Positions 9,266 to 18,658 of a DNA stretch of 53,368 nt are shown here, one piece after another. Under the pieces are notes generated by a model. It was given only the letters and a program-made list of their open reading frames with translations. It was not told the DNA's origin and searched no databases. Made by a program: the position numbers and the translations under genes. Position 1 is the first letter of the stretch. Each line of letters opens with the position of its first letter. The stretch is from IMG/VR virus record IMGVR_UViG_3300042475_005524, positions 1 through 53,368 of that record, one strand, 5' to 3'. This DNA is from a virus. Taxonomy: Duplodnaviria; Caudoviricetes.

Positions 9266-12200
9266 ATGAGTTTATTGATAGATGTTCCGGTAAAATACAA
9301 TGCTTATAAAAAAATAGGAATTATAGCTAATGGTTCATCCGCAAATCATTCTTTATTTATTAATCCATTTAATAAAACTTTTGCTTGGGGAATAAATAGC
9401 AATAGTCAACTTGGAGATAATACAAATATCGCCAGATTTTCTCCTGTAATTATTGCGCTTTATGGATTAAATAAAACATTTTGCAAAATAAGCGCGGGAA
9501 ATAGCCACTCTCTTGCCATTGATAAAAACGGGCGCGCGTGGGCATGGGGAGTAAACGGCAATGGTCGCCTTGGCGATAATACACTCACTCAAAAATGTTA
9601 TCCGGTATTAGTGGTGGGTGTAATTAAAACTTTTTGTCAAATAAGCGCGGGAGGTAGTCACTCTCTTGCAATCGATAAAAATGGCCGTGCGTGGGGGTGG
9701 GGATATAATGGCCTTGGTCAACTTGGCGATAATTCAATTACCAGCAGGCTCACCCCCGTTAGCGTGTTAGGCGCCGTTAAAACTTTTTGTCAAATAAGCG
9801 CGGGAGCCAACCACACTCTTGCAATCGATAAAAACGGGCGCGCGTGGGCGTGGGGATTTAATACTAGCGGTCAACTTGGTGATAATTCAGTTATTAGTAA
9901 GCGGACTCCCGTTAGCGTTCAGGGAGGAGTAAAAACATTTTGCCAAATAAGCGCGGGAGCCAACCAGACTCTTGCAATCGATAAAAACGGGCGCGCGTGG
10001 GCATGGGGAATTAATACTAACGGTCGCCTTGGCGATAATTCAATTACAAGTAGGCTCACCCCCGTTAGCGTGTTAGGCGCCGTTAAAACTTTTTGTAAAA
10101 TAAGCGGGGGAGGTGGTCACTCTCTCGCAATCGATAAAAACGGGCGCGTCTGGGCGTGGGGACTTAATACTAGCGGTCAACTTGGCGATAATTCAGTTAC
10201 AAGTAGGCTCACCCCGGTTAGCGTGTTAGGCGCCGTTAAAACTTTTTGTCAAATAAGCGCAGCAAATAACCACTCTCTTGCAATCGATAAAAATGGTCGA
10301 GTGTGGGGCTGGGGATATAACACCAATGGTCAACTTGGTGATAATTCAATTGCTAGCAAGCGCACGCCAGTTAGCGTGTTGGGTGCCGTTAAAACTTTTT
10401 GTCAAATAATCGCAGGAGGTAGCCACACTCTTGCAATCGATAAAAATGGTCGCGCATGGGCATGGGGAGCTAATATATTTGGTATGATTGGTGATAATTC
10501 AACCTTTCAAAGACTCACGCCAGTTAGCGTTCTTGGCGCCATTAAAACTTTTTGTAAAATAAGCGTTGGATCTTTTTACTCTCTCGCAATCGATAAAAAT
10601 GGCCGTGCGTGGGGATGGGGTTATAACACCACTGGTCAACTTGGCGATAATTCAATTACCAGCAGGCTCACCCCCGTTAGCGTGTTAGGCGCCGTTAAAA
10701 CTTTTTGTCAAATAAGCGCGGGAAATGCTCACTCTCTTGCTATCGATAAAAATGGCCGAGCATGGGGGTGGGGATCAAACAATGGTCGGCTTGGTGATAA
10801 TACAACAGTTAGCAAGCGTACACCAGTTAGCGTACAGGGCGCCGTTAAAACTTTTTGTCAAATAAGCGCGGGAAATTCTCACTCTATTGCAATCGATAAA
10901 AATGGCCGTGCGTGGGGATGGGGTTATAACACCAGTGGTCAACTTGGCGATAATTCAATTACCAGCAGGCTCACCCCCGTTAGCGTGTTAGGCGCCGTTA
11001 AAACTTTTTGCCAAATAAGCGGGGGCCAAAACCATTCTCTTGCAATCGATAAAAACGGGCGCGCTTGGGGGTGGGGATTAAGTAGTGGTGGTCAAACTGG
11101 TTTAGGTGGAGTTCTTTTTTCATCTACTCCTGTCTCAATAACTGGAGCAATTAAAACTTTTTGCGCAATAAGCGCGGGAGATGGTTTTTCTACAGCAATC
11201 GATAAAAATGGTCGCGCATGGGCATGGGGCGCTAACAATGGCGGTCAACTTGGTGATAATTCAATAGTTCAAAAAACTTCTCCTGTTAGTGTTCTTGGAA
11301 CAGTAAGAACTTTTTGCAAAATAACTGGGGGCGGGGTACTAAATTCAAGTTCTTTTACCTTAGCTCTTGACAAAAATGGTAGAGCTTGGAGTTGGGGCTA
11401 TAATGGAGTTGGTCAACTTGGAAATAATGCTGTAACTTCTCAACTCACTCCAGTTAGCGTTCTTGGTGCAGTAAAAACGTTTTGCGAAATTAGTAATGGC
11501 GTTAACCAAGCATTTGCATTAGCTATAGATAAAAATGGTAGGGCATGGGCATGGGGAGTAAACGGGAATGGTCAACTCGGCAACAATACAGTTATTTCAC
11601 AACGTACTCCAGTTAGCGTACTCGGCGCAGTAAAAACATTTTGCAAAGTATCTGTAGGCGGATTTCACTCTCTTGCTATAGATAAAAATGGTCGCTTGTG
11701 GGCATGGGGAAATAATAGCAACGGTCAATTAGGAAATAATACTTCGGCAAATAGTGTTTGTACTCCAGTTTCTGTATTAGGGGCAATTAAAACATTTTGT
11801 CATATAGCTGGAGGAAATAGCCAATCAGTTGCTATTGATAAAAATGGTCAAGCATGGGGCTGGGGGTTTAACGGATCTGGTCAAACTGGAGACGGCTCTG
11901 CTACTGATAGATTAACTCCAGTAAGTGTTCAAGGCCAAAAGAAAACATTTTGCAAAATAGCTAGCGGTAACGGTGTTACTCTATCTATAGATAATTATGG
12001 GCGGTTATGGGCTTGGGGATTTAACGGAAACGCTCAAATAGGAGATGGCTCCACCATACCAAAAAGAACTCCAACAAGAGTTTGCAATACTAGAACTTTT
12101 TGTGAAGTAAAAGCCGCGAATAACCATGTTTTAGTAATTGAAAAAAATGGCAACGTTTGGGCGTGGGGCGGTAATGGTAGTGGACAATTAGCAAATAATT

Positions 12201-12556
12201 CTATTACAAGCGTTTTGACTCCAGTTAGCGTTGCAGGAGCAGTAAAAACATTTTGTCAAATAAACGCGCAAAACACTCATTCAATAGCTTTGGATAAAAA
12301 TGGAAAAATTTGGACTTGGGGAAGAAATGATGTTGGTCAACTAGGCATTGGTTCAACTATAGATTATGTTGCTACTCCTAGATCTCTTTATGGAAATAAA
12401 ACTTTTTGCAAAATAAATAATAAACTTGGCTCGTATTCCGCAGCTATAGATTATCAAGGTAGAGTTTGGAGTTGGGGACAGAATACCTCTAATCAATTAG
12501 GCACAAATAATTATATTACATGCACCCTTACTCCAGTAAGAGTTTGCGTCATTTAA
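9266..12556 (+). CDS. RCC1/BLIP-II-like repeat beta-propeller protein (21 repeats)
   Basis: Repeats of about 51 aa with consensus KTFCQISAGxxHSLAIDKNGRAWxWGxNxxGQLGDNSxxSRLTPVSV; 21 counted. Confidence 0.92.
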   Translation: MSLLIDVPVKYNAYKKIGIIANGSSANHSLFINPFNKTFAWGINSNSQLGDNTNIARFSPVIIALYGLNKTFCKISAGNSHSLAIDKNGRAWAWGVNGNGRLGDNTLTQKCYPVLVVGVIKTFCQISAGGSHSLAIDKNGRAWGWGYNGLGQLGDNSITSRLTPVSVLGAVKTFCQISAGANHTLAIDKNGRAWAWGFNTSGQLGDNSVISKRTPVSVQGGVKTFCQISAGANQTLAIDKNGRAWAWGINTNGRLGDNSITSRLTPVSVLGAVKTFCKISGGGGHSLAIDKNGRVWAWGLNTSGQLGDNSVTSRLTPVSVLGAVKTFCQISAANNHSLAIDKNGRVWGWGYNTNGQLGDNSIASKRTPVSVLGAVKTFCQIIAGGSHTLAIDKNGRAWAWGANIFGMIGDNSTFQRLTPVSVLGAIKTFCKISVGSFYSLAIDKNGRAWGWGYNTTGQLGDNSITSRLTPVSVLGAVKTFCQISAGNAHSLAIDKNGRAWGWGSNNGRLGDNTTVSKRTPVSVQGAVKTFCQISAGNSHSIAIDKNGRAWGWGYNTSGQLGDNSITSRLTPVSVLGAVKTFCQISGGQNHSLAIDKNGRAWGWGLSSGGQTGLGGVLFSSTPVSITGAIKTFCAISAGDGFSTAIDKNGRAWAWGANNGGQLGDNSIVQKTSPVSVLGTVRTFCKITGGGVLNSSSFTLALDKNGRAWSWGYNGVGQLGNNAVTSQLTPVSVLGAVKTFCEISNGVNQAFALAIDKNGRAWAWGVNGNGQLGNNTVISQRTPVSVLGAVKTFCKVSVGGFHSLAIDKNGRLWAWGNNSNGQLGNNTSANSVCTPVSVLGAIKTFCHIAGGNSQSVAIDKNGQAWGWGFNGSGQTGDGSATDRLTPVSVQGQKKTFCKIASGNGVTLSIDNYGRLWAWGFNGNAQIGDGSTIPKRTPTRVCNTRTFCEVKAANNHVLVIEKNGNVWAWGGNGSGQLANNSITSVLTPVSVAGAVKTFCQINAQNTHSIALDKNGKIWTWGRNDVGQLGIGSTIDYVATPRSLYGNKTFCKINNKLGSYSAAIDYQGRVWSWGQNTSNQLGTNNYITCTLTPVRVCVI
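9470..11330 (+). repeat. ~153-bp near-identical coding tandem repeats (RCC1 blades)
   Basis: cccgttagcgtgttaggcgccgttaaaactttttgtcaaataagcgcggga and ctcttgcaatcgataaaaa recur; later repeats are more diverged. Confidence 0.9.
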
Positions 12557-12558
12557 GA

Positions 12559-12586
12559 TTGACTTTTGCGAAGCTTCCAAGATAAT
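12559..12586 (+). promoter_or_regulatory. Candidate sigma70-type promoter
   Basis: TTGACT (12559) - 16 nt - GATAAT (12581), ending 6 nt before ATG 12593. Confidence 0.4.
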
Positions 12587-12592
12587 TTTCTT

Positions 12593-13372
12593 ATGGTTAA
12601 GCCCATAATTGTCGTAACTCATGAGCGTTCTGGCACTCATTTATTGATTAATTGCATTAACCACACTAATAATGGACAGTTTTATACAATTGGTTACACA
12701 TCAAACAGAAACGATTTTAATTTAAAAGGATATCTTCATACTACGCACAAAGATATCCTATGTAATGCGTATATGCCAAACTCGGTCTGCAAATCCCACC
12801 ATCAAGTAGACTTTATGGTGAATTATATAGATTTTTTATTTGCAAAGTATAAAGTTATATACGTAAAACGAAACTTGCCAGATGTTCTAACCAGTTATTA
12901 TAAATTTATTCCAAAGCCAGAGGAAAAAGATTTTCCAAAGATAGAAGAATGGGTTTTTAGCGAGCCAGACAGAGTTGGGCGCAAATATTTACAGCCTTAT
13001 TCTCCAGATCCTCACGTTATAATTGAACCGGAAAATTACGTTCATCGTTGGTACTTGCATACGAGCGGCTGGCTAAAATACGCCAATCAAATGCTAGTAG
13101 TTAATTACGAAGATATGCTGCTTGATTACAGAAATCAAAAGCAAAAGATTGAAAATTATATTGGCAGAAAAATTGCCGACAAAATTCCAGACGTAAACGA
13201 TAAGTCGCTTCCAAATTTTGGCCCAGTTAAAGGAATCATTGGTGGGCATAAAGAACTTATGTCAGAAGAGCTTCAGAAAAAAATTGAAGATCAAGTTTCT
13301 CTTTATACAATTAGAGAGAAGCATGAAAAAAGAGAACCTAGTTCTAGCCATCTCAATTGGGGATTATTATAA
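12593..13372 (+). CDS. PAPS-dependent sulfotransferase (start revised to ATG 12593)
   Basis: 5'-PSB loop VVTHERSGTHLL, KSHH, 3'-PB motif IYVKRNLPDVLTSYY, VNYEDM and C-terminal KGIIGGHKE. Confidence 0.8.
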   Translation: MVKPIIVVTHERSGTHLLINCINHTNNGQFYTIGYTSNRNDFNLKGYLHTTHKDILCNAYMPNSVCKSHHQVDFMVNYIDFLFAKYKVIYVKRNLPDVLTSYYKFIPKPEEKDFPKIEEWVFSEPDRVGRKYLQPYSPDPHVIIEPENYVHRWYLHTSGWLKYANQMLVVNYEDMLLDYRNQKQKIENYIGRKIADKIPDVNDKSLPNFGPVKGIIGGHKELMSEELQKKIEDQVSLYTIREKHEKREPSSSHLNWGLL

Positions 13373-14921
13373 CGAAGTCGCAAAGATTACTTTGCCCTCG
13401 ATCAAGAAATACGCCGAGAAAATCGGCGCCGATTTCTTAAACGTTACAGAGTTCAATAAGTTTTATATTACGCAAAAATGGAATAAGTTCCTGATTGCGG
13501 AACTCCTAAATCAATACAAGAGAATCATTTATCTTGATGTTGATATTTTAATCAGAGATGATTGTCCGAATCTTTTTGAGGTTGTGCCCGAAAATAAATT
13601 GGGCATGTTTAACGAGGGCCGATATTCGCCGCGATTTGAATATCTTGAGCAAGCTTCAGAGTACTACAAAGAGCCACTAAAGAAGTGGGGCGGTAAGTTT
13701 TACAACTCTGGCGTGATGGTTATTTCGCGCATTCATAAGCAAATTTTCAGACTTCCAAAAGGTGTTGACTTTGTAGAAACTGATCAGCCCTACATTAACC
13801 TCCGAATCCTAAATGATAAGGTCGAGATGCATGACTTGCACTACGACTTTAATCGTATGGATATTCTTGATAAGTTCTGTGGCATTTCTCGCCTAAATTC
13901 TTATATTGTCCACTATGCTGGCGCTCCAAAGGATGTCCAAATGGGCGTTATTCTTAAGGATATCGACCAATGGGAAAGGGATAAAGAAGAGGGCTACAAG
14001 TACAAGCGTAATATCTTGATTTCTGTTACTGCTGGAATGGGCGATCAACTTTGCTCAGAGCCCGCTATCCGATACACTCAAAAAATGTATCCTGATGCAA
14101 ATATTACTGTAGTGTCGCATTTCCCGCGCTTGTTTGAGCATCTTAGCTGCCCAGTAATGACTTACGATCAGTGGAAGGGGATCAATGATGCTTTGCTTAC
14201 AATGTATACTTGTCCAGAAGACGAGCATTCGGAGCACAAGATGTCTCACGTTCTCTTCCATCCTACCGATTTCGCTTCAATGTCCATGATTAAGCGAACA
14301 ATCCCAAACAACGACAAAACAATTCAATTAAAATTGGACGCCGAGGATGTTTCTTATGTTATTGATTTGTTCAAGGACAAAGATCCTAAGAAACCTGTTG
14401 TTGTGGTTCATGCTGGCAAGTGGTGGCCTTCAAAGACCTTGCCCCTTGATTGGTGGCAGCAGATCGTGAATAAGCTTTCAGAGAAGCTGACTGTTGTTCT
14501 CATTGGTAAGACTATTGATGAGAAGCAAGGTTATCTCCCTGTACAAATTCCACAAGGCGGCTATGATCTGAGAGACCTCACAACTCTTGGTCAGCTTTTT
14601 GCCCTTATTTCGCTATCAAGATGCTTGGTCACTAACGATTCCTCGCCCCTGCATATCGCGGGCGCGTTTGATAACTGGATCGTGACATTCCCAACTTGCA
14701 AGCACGAAGACCATATCCTGCCATTCCGCAATGGAACTCAAGCTTATAAGACCAAGGCTCTACGTAAGGACCTTCTCCTAGACGACCTTGAGATTCGCCA
14801 CACAGAGTTCAAGCACGACACTATTGACTTGATTCCAAAAGGGAAAACAGTCCTTGAGTATCTCCCAGAGGTCGATACTGTCGTTAAGGAAGTAATGGAC
14901 ATTTACGACAACAAGCGATGA
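13323..14921 (+). CDS. Fused glycosyltransferase: GT8-like (GT-A) plus GT9-like (GT-B) (start revised to ATG 13323)
   Basis: N-half has IIYLDVD, FYNSGVMV, DQPYIN and IVHYAG (GT8). C-half has GMGDQLC, HAGKWWPSK, DLRDLTTL and VTNDSSPLHIAGA (GT9/heptosyltransferase-like). Confidence 0.8.
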   Translation: MKKENLVLAISIGDYYNEVAKITLPSIKKYAEKIGADFLNVTEFNKFYITQKWNKFLIAELLNQYKRIIYLDVDILIRDDCPNLFEVVPENKLGMFNEGRYSPRFEYLEQASEYYKEPLKKWGGKFYNSGVMVISRIHKQIFRLPKGVDFVETDQPYINLRILNDKVEMHDLHYDFNRMDILDKFCGISRLNSYIVHYAGAPKDVQMGVILKDIDQWERDKEEGYKYKRNILISVTAGMGDQLCSEPAIRYTQKMYPDANITVVSHFPRLFEHLSCPVMTYDQWKGINDALLTMYTCPEDEHSEHKMSHVLFHPTDFASMSMIKRTIPNNDKTIQLKLDAEDVSYVIDLFKDKDPKKPVVVVHAGKWWPSKTLPLDWWQQIVNKLSEKLTVVLIGKTIDEKQGYLPVQIPQGGYDLRDLTTLGQLFALISLSRCLVTNDSSPLHIAGAFDNWIVTFPTCKHEDHILPFRNGTQAYKTKALRKDLLLDDLEIRHTEFKHDTIDLIPKGKTVLEYLPEVDTVVKEVMDIYDNKR

Positions 14922-15457
14922 ACAAATTCAGTTCCTTCCGCCCGCTCATGCATGAGCATGAGTATAAATTCATTGAAAAGTTCCTAAATAAAAATGACAC
15001 TTTGCTTGAGTTTGGTAGTGGCAATAGCACTATTTATTTTTCTGGAATTGTAAAGAAAGTAATTTCTATTGAGCATGACATTGATTGGGTAAATAGCCTA
15101 AATAAACTAATCAATGTTTATGACATCCAGAATATTGAATTGCTATATCAAGCAGCGCATTCTCCAGACCCAAAGCCTTGCAGATACGAGCAATTCAAGG
15201 ACTATGTGCATCTACCAGCAAACAAAAACCTAAAGTTTACCAAGGCTTTAATTGACGGTAGAGCAAGAAAGTATTGCGCCAAATATCTCTGGGATATTAT
15301 CGATGAAAATGTAGTGGTTTTTATTCATGACTTTAACCGCTCTGATTATCAAATGGCGCTAAAGTATTACGATATGATTGAGGTACTGACAGAGGGGCAA
15401 GGAATTGCCGCTCTAAAAAAGAAAAAAGAAGTCCCCAAAGAAGACTTCTATTACTAA
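14918..15457 (+). CDS. Class I SAM-dependent methyltransferase (glycan-modifying type)
   Basis: LLEFGSGNST, SIEHD, LIDGRAR and FIHDF motifs. Confidence 0.7.
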   Translation: MNKFSSFRPLMHEHEYKFIEKFLNKNDTLLEFGSGNSTIYFSGIVKKVISIEHDIDWVNSLNKLINVYDIQNIELLYQAAHSPDPKPCRYEQFKDYVHLPANKNLKFTKALIDGRARKYCAKYLWDIIDENVVVFIHDFNRSDYQMALKYYDMIEVLTEGQGIAALKKKKEVPKEDFYY

Positions 15458-15458
15458 T

Positions 15459-15494
15459 AAAAAACCCCCGAATTTCTTCGGGGGTTTTTCTTTT
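15459..15494. terminator. Bidirectional rho-independent terminator
   Basis: AAAAAA-CCCCCGAA-tttc-TTCGGGGG-TTTTT between convergent genes. Confidence 0.9.
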
Positions 15495-15508
15495 AAGGGC
15501 TACTTAGT

Positions 15509-16672
15509 TTATAGTATGCTAGGGGTGTAAGCGGCGGTCTGTGTCCACACGAACACGCCGTTTGTGGTGTCTTGTGGGCTACCAATCTGAGTGGTGAAGG
15601 TGAGGTCAACACTCTTGTTATCGCCAATTGCGCTAGAATAATTTTCGCTGACAAGTTTAGCGCCTCTGATCTCATATACGATACGAGGTTCAGTACCAGC
15701 GCTACCAGGGGTCTTGAAGACGAAGGCGAGGGTCTTAGTAGTGTCTGCGTCAAGCAGGCTTGTGATAGACCCGCTGGTCTCCAGATCTGCAACGATTGCG
15801 CTCATATTGATAGTTACCTCTACAGGAAAGTCAATAACCTTAGTGAAGCCGAAACGGCTACCAAGACGCTCAAGTGTAGTACGACCAATTGGAATTTCAA
15901 TTGAAACGTTTTGAATGTGAGCAGCAGTATTGTTGGCAGGAGAGCCTTCAACGCCTGTGGGCAGATCAACAATTATACCGTCTGTAACAATTACGGTAAC
16001 GTCACCTGGGCGGAGGGCTGTAGTTCCAATACTTCCAGAAAGTGGAGGAGGAACAACAGAGGTGTTCTGGGAAGCGGTTCCAGCTTCTACGTTGATGCCG
16101 GGGCAGGTTCCAGAATTACCAGAGATAACATTAAGATTGAGTCCTTCAGCTGTAATCGATACAGTTGGCAGACCACCTACTGCGGCTTCTAAGCTGTAGT
16201 TGGTGATGTAGCCGTTGCCGATACCGATGGTTCTTGCGGAAGTCGCATTATAGATGCTTGAAGCAGAACCGTTTGCATCGTTACCTTCTGCGACCGAAAG
16301 AATATGGAAATTGCGTCCAGAAACGATACCAATGTTATTGGTGTTAACGGAAGAGTCAACAAGGCCGCTGATAAACGAAAGGGTGTTTGTGCCAGTACCT
16401 ACAGTAAAGCCAAGACCTCTTTCGTTGGTGCCAGTACCGATATAGTAAGAAAAATCAAGATTTACAGTTGGAGCCTCGATTGAGATCTGGTCAATACGAG
16501 CAAGGTTGCCAAATTGGTTAACATCTTGACGATTGATAGTAAGGCCATAGTTGGCCGATTGAACGCGATGAAGCTGGGTAATGTTGCCCGATGGGTGATG
16601 TGCTGTTGGAACAAGGGTGCCGTCAGCGACATACAGCGCTTCTGATTGATAAATTACTCTTGTGCGTGCCAT
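15509..16672 (-). CDS. Putative major tail tube protein
   Basis: Beta-rich 387-aa protein downstream of neck-like genes and followed by a strong terminator; two paralogues lie in the tail-tip region. Confidence 0.65.
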   Translation of the reverse strand: MARTRVIYQSEALYVADGTLVPTAHHPSGNITQLHRVQSANYGLTINRQDVNQFGNLARIDQISIEAPTVNLDFSYYIGTGTNERGLGFTVGTGTNTLSFISGLVDSSVNTNNIGIVSGRNFHILSVAEGNDANGSASSIYNATSARTIGIGNGYITNYSLEAAVGGLPTVSITAEGLNLNVISGNSGTCPGINVEAGTASQNTSVVPPPLSGSIGTTALRPGDVTVIVTDGIIVDLPTGVEGSPANNTAAHIQNVSIEIPIGRTTLERLGSRFGFTKVIDFPVEVTINMSAIVADLETSGSITSLLDADTTKTLAFVFKTPGSAGTEPRIVYEIRGAKLVSENYSSAIGDNKSVDLTFTTQIGSPQDTTNGVFVWTQTAAYTPSIL

Positions 16673-16698
16673 AAGTTTTTAGTTAAGAAGGTTTGAAA

Positions 16699-16708
16699 TA
16701 CTTTACAT
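16699..16708 (-). promoter_or_regulatory. RTGTAAA candidate late-promoter motif
   Basis: ATGTAAAGTA on the minus strand; 35 nt before the tube gene ATG. Confidence 0.5.
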
Positions 16709-16731
16709 TTTTTTATCTAAAAATGGAATAA

Positions 16732-17568
16732 TCAGGCTCTTGGGTAACGATATTTGACTACCTCGAAATCGATAAAGCCGATGTAAGGTTTCGCATTGCC
16801 ACCTCTAGCGCGAGAATCTTTCAATTTTGAGCAAACAACTTCATCAATAAAAAAGTCATTTTGATTTGTGGGAGAGGAATCGTAGGAGTATGTTCCATTT
16901 TTAACATCTCCATACTCTGTCAGTGGATATCCAGTAAAATCTTTATATTTAAAACTGCTAGACTTAGAATCAGCAAAAATAGAGAGGACGCCATCAAGCT
17001 GATATGGGTTATCGGTAAAAACTACACACTTTACAAATGAACGACTCTCATCCTCACCGCCAAATGAGAATGGCGAATTATAAGTTGAGTCATTTGCAAT
17101 AAAGACTGCTGGAGCAACTTGATCGTATGGAGGAATGTATTTCCCAGTCCAAGGAAACTTTTTATTAAAATCTAGATTATTATCTAAAATTAAATCGTCT
17201 TCGTTCTCGTTAGTTAGGTAAATATTAAAGTCTTTGACCGCAAAAGATCCAGTAACAGGAACTCCAGCAGAAACGCCGCTAATCAGGGCTCTGCCATTGA
17301 TATAATCTATAATAACCCCATCGTTACGACCCTTAAAAACTCCCGACACATGAACGCCGCTAGGAATGCTTGCTCCAGTAATTGTGGAGTCGTATACAAA
17401 CTGTTTGTAAGGAGTGCCGAAAGCTTTGTAAGTAGTTGATATTCTTGGATCTGCATAATAAGTGAAAGTGCCAGTTTGGTTGCTATAAGCCTCACCCTTT
17501 TCTAAAAGATAGTGGTCAAACCATAAAGCAAAAGATGTCGTTACATTATGTTGATATTGCGGTTTCAT
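16732..17568 (-). CDS. Virion structural protein (tail terminator/neck-like)
   Basis: Immediately upstream of the tube gene; function inferred from synteny only. Confidence 0.4.
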   Translation of the reverse strand: MKPQYQHNVTTSFALWFDHYLLEKGEAYSNQTGTFTYYADPRISTTYKAFGTPYKQFVYDSTITGASIPSGVHVSGVFKGRNDGVIIDYINGRALISGVSAGVPVTGSFAVKDFNIYLTNENEDDLILDNNLDFNKKFPWTGKYIPPYDQVAPAVFIANDSTYNSPFSFGGEDESRSFVKCVVFTDNPYQLDGVLSIFADSKSSSFKYKDFTGYPLTEYGDVKNGTYSYDSSPTNQNDFFIDEVVCSKLKDSRARGGNAKPYIGFIDFEVVKYRYPRA

Positions 17569-18154
17569 CTAATAGGTTTATCTTTTTTTCGAAGTTAGCT
17601 AATATAGCGCTAATGTATTTTACATTTTTAAATCTCGTTTTTCTTCTAATATTTTTACTTGTTTGAATAGCAGTATCTGATCTTGAATTAGGAAGCTCTT
17701 CTCTCAAGGTATAAAAATATTGACCAATGCCTGAGATTCCTGTTTCTATACCTTTGACCCAACTGCGGCCCGGAGCCCAAGGCATTGGAGAAACATCCCA
17801 GATGTCTTCTTTAGCTGGAATAAAAACATTCCATACTACCCCGCCATCAATTAGCCTTGAAAAATTAATGCTGCTTTTTTGAAATAATTCTGTTATTGGC
17901 GAAATTGGATCGTCTCCATTATAAAAACCAATATAAGAAAAGAGATTACCATAACCATCGAGAGTGCCGCTAATGTTTTGAGCCGTTGGACCAGCTTCGA
18001 TTTCTTTCGTGACAGGGTGTCTAAGAAATTCATTGATAGTTTCTCTTTTGATCCTTTCAAAAGCTAGCAGCAGCCGTTTCTCAACGCTATTTCTTAATAT
18101 CGGCGCTATGTCTCGATTGATTTTTTTGGCGACGTTTTGAGGGATTTTCGCCAT
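17546..18154 (-). CDS. Virion morphogenesis protein (neck/tail completion-like)
   Basis: Basic 202-aa ORF between head-closure-like and terminator-like genes; synteny only. Confidence 0.4.
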   Translation of the reverse strand: MAKIPQNVAKKINRDIAPILRNSVEKRLLLAFERIKRETINEFLRHPVTKEIEAGPTAQNISGTLDGYGNLFSYIGFYNGDDPISPITELFQKSSINFSRLIDGGVVWNVFIPAKEDIWDVSPMPWAPGRSWVKGIETGISGIGQYFYTLREELPNSRSDTAIQTSKNIRRKTRFKNVKYISAILANFEKKINLLDETAIST

Positions 18155-18156
18155 AA

Positions 18157-18606
18157 TTATTCATTAATTGGAGATAAAATAAAAGAATAATACCGTGGCC
18201 CAAACATTCCGTAAGGCTTTGAGTCGGAAGAGATTGCGTATCTACGGCCATCAAACTCTACTCTGCGAGCTTCTTTTAAAATAGAGTAGGCTGCTGCTGG
18301 AACTTTGATCTTAACGCTGCCAGCGGGATAGTCGATCTTCTGTTGGGTATCTGCTCCGGGTACTGGAGCTTTAGCCTGATCTAAATATTTAATCTTTGCC
18401 TGAAAGGTATTCTGTACAGTAGTGAATTCTTTGCTTTCTACCTGTGGAACATCCTTATCGTAAAAGTAATTATAGCTAGCTGAAGTAGAGATAACTGTTT
18501 CCTTTGGGTTTGAGTAAACAGTGATTTCTCTTGAGAAGGTATCAAACACATCGTCAATAACTTCATTAATAAAGTTTTTCTGTGCGTCTGAGAGGTAAGA
18601 TGCCAT
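18157..18606 (-). CDS. Putative head-closure/head-tail joining protein
   Basis: 149 aa with C-terminal RVEFDGRRYAI, typical of stopper-type beta proteins; synteny. Confidence 0.45.
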   Translation of the reverse strand: MASYLSDAQKNFINEVIDDVFDTFSREITVYSNPKETVISTSASYNYFYDKDVPQVESKEFTTVQNTFQAKIKYLDQAKAPVPGADTQQKIDYPAGSVKIKVPAAAYSILKEARRVEFDGRRYAISSDSKPYGMFGPRYYSFILSPINE

Positions 18607-18610
18607 ATTT

Positions 18611-18620
18611 TACTTTACAC
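18611..18620 (-). promoter_or_regulatory. RTGTAAA candidate late-promoter motif
   Basis: GTGTAAAGTA on the minus strand; 13 nt before ATG 18606. Confidence 0.55.
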
Positions 18621-18658
18621 TTTTTATATTAGATATAATATATAGTAAGGTAAAAGGT

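Noticed and set aside
9266-12556. RCC1 protein as evidence of eukaryotic or giant-virus origin
   Set aside because: TMP, S74 fibre, sigma factor, bacterial-type SSB, overlapping genes and rho-independent terminators indicate a bacteriophage; RCC1-like repeats also occur in bacteria and phages.
15493-16445. Several short ORFs overlapping the tube gene, and similar short ORFs inside the TMP, GT and ssb genes
   Set aside because: They are fully nested in longer, motif-supported genes and have no recognisable features.
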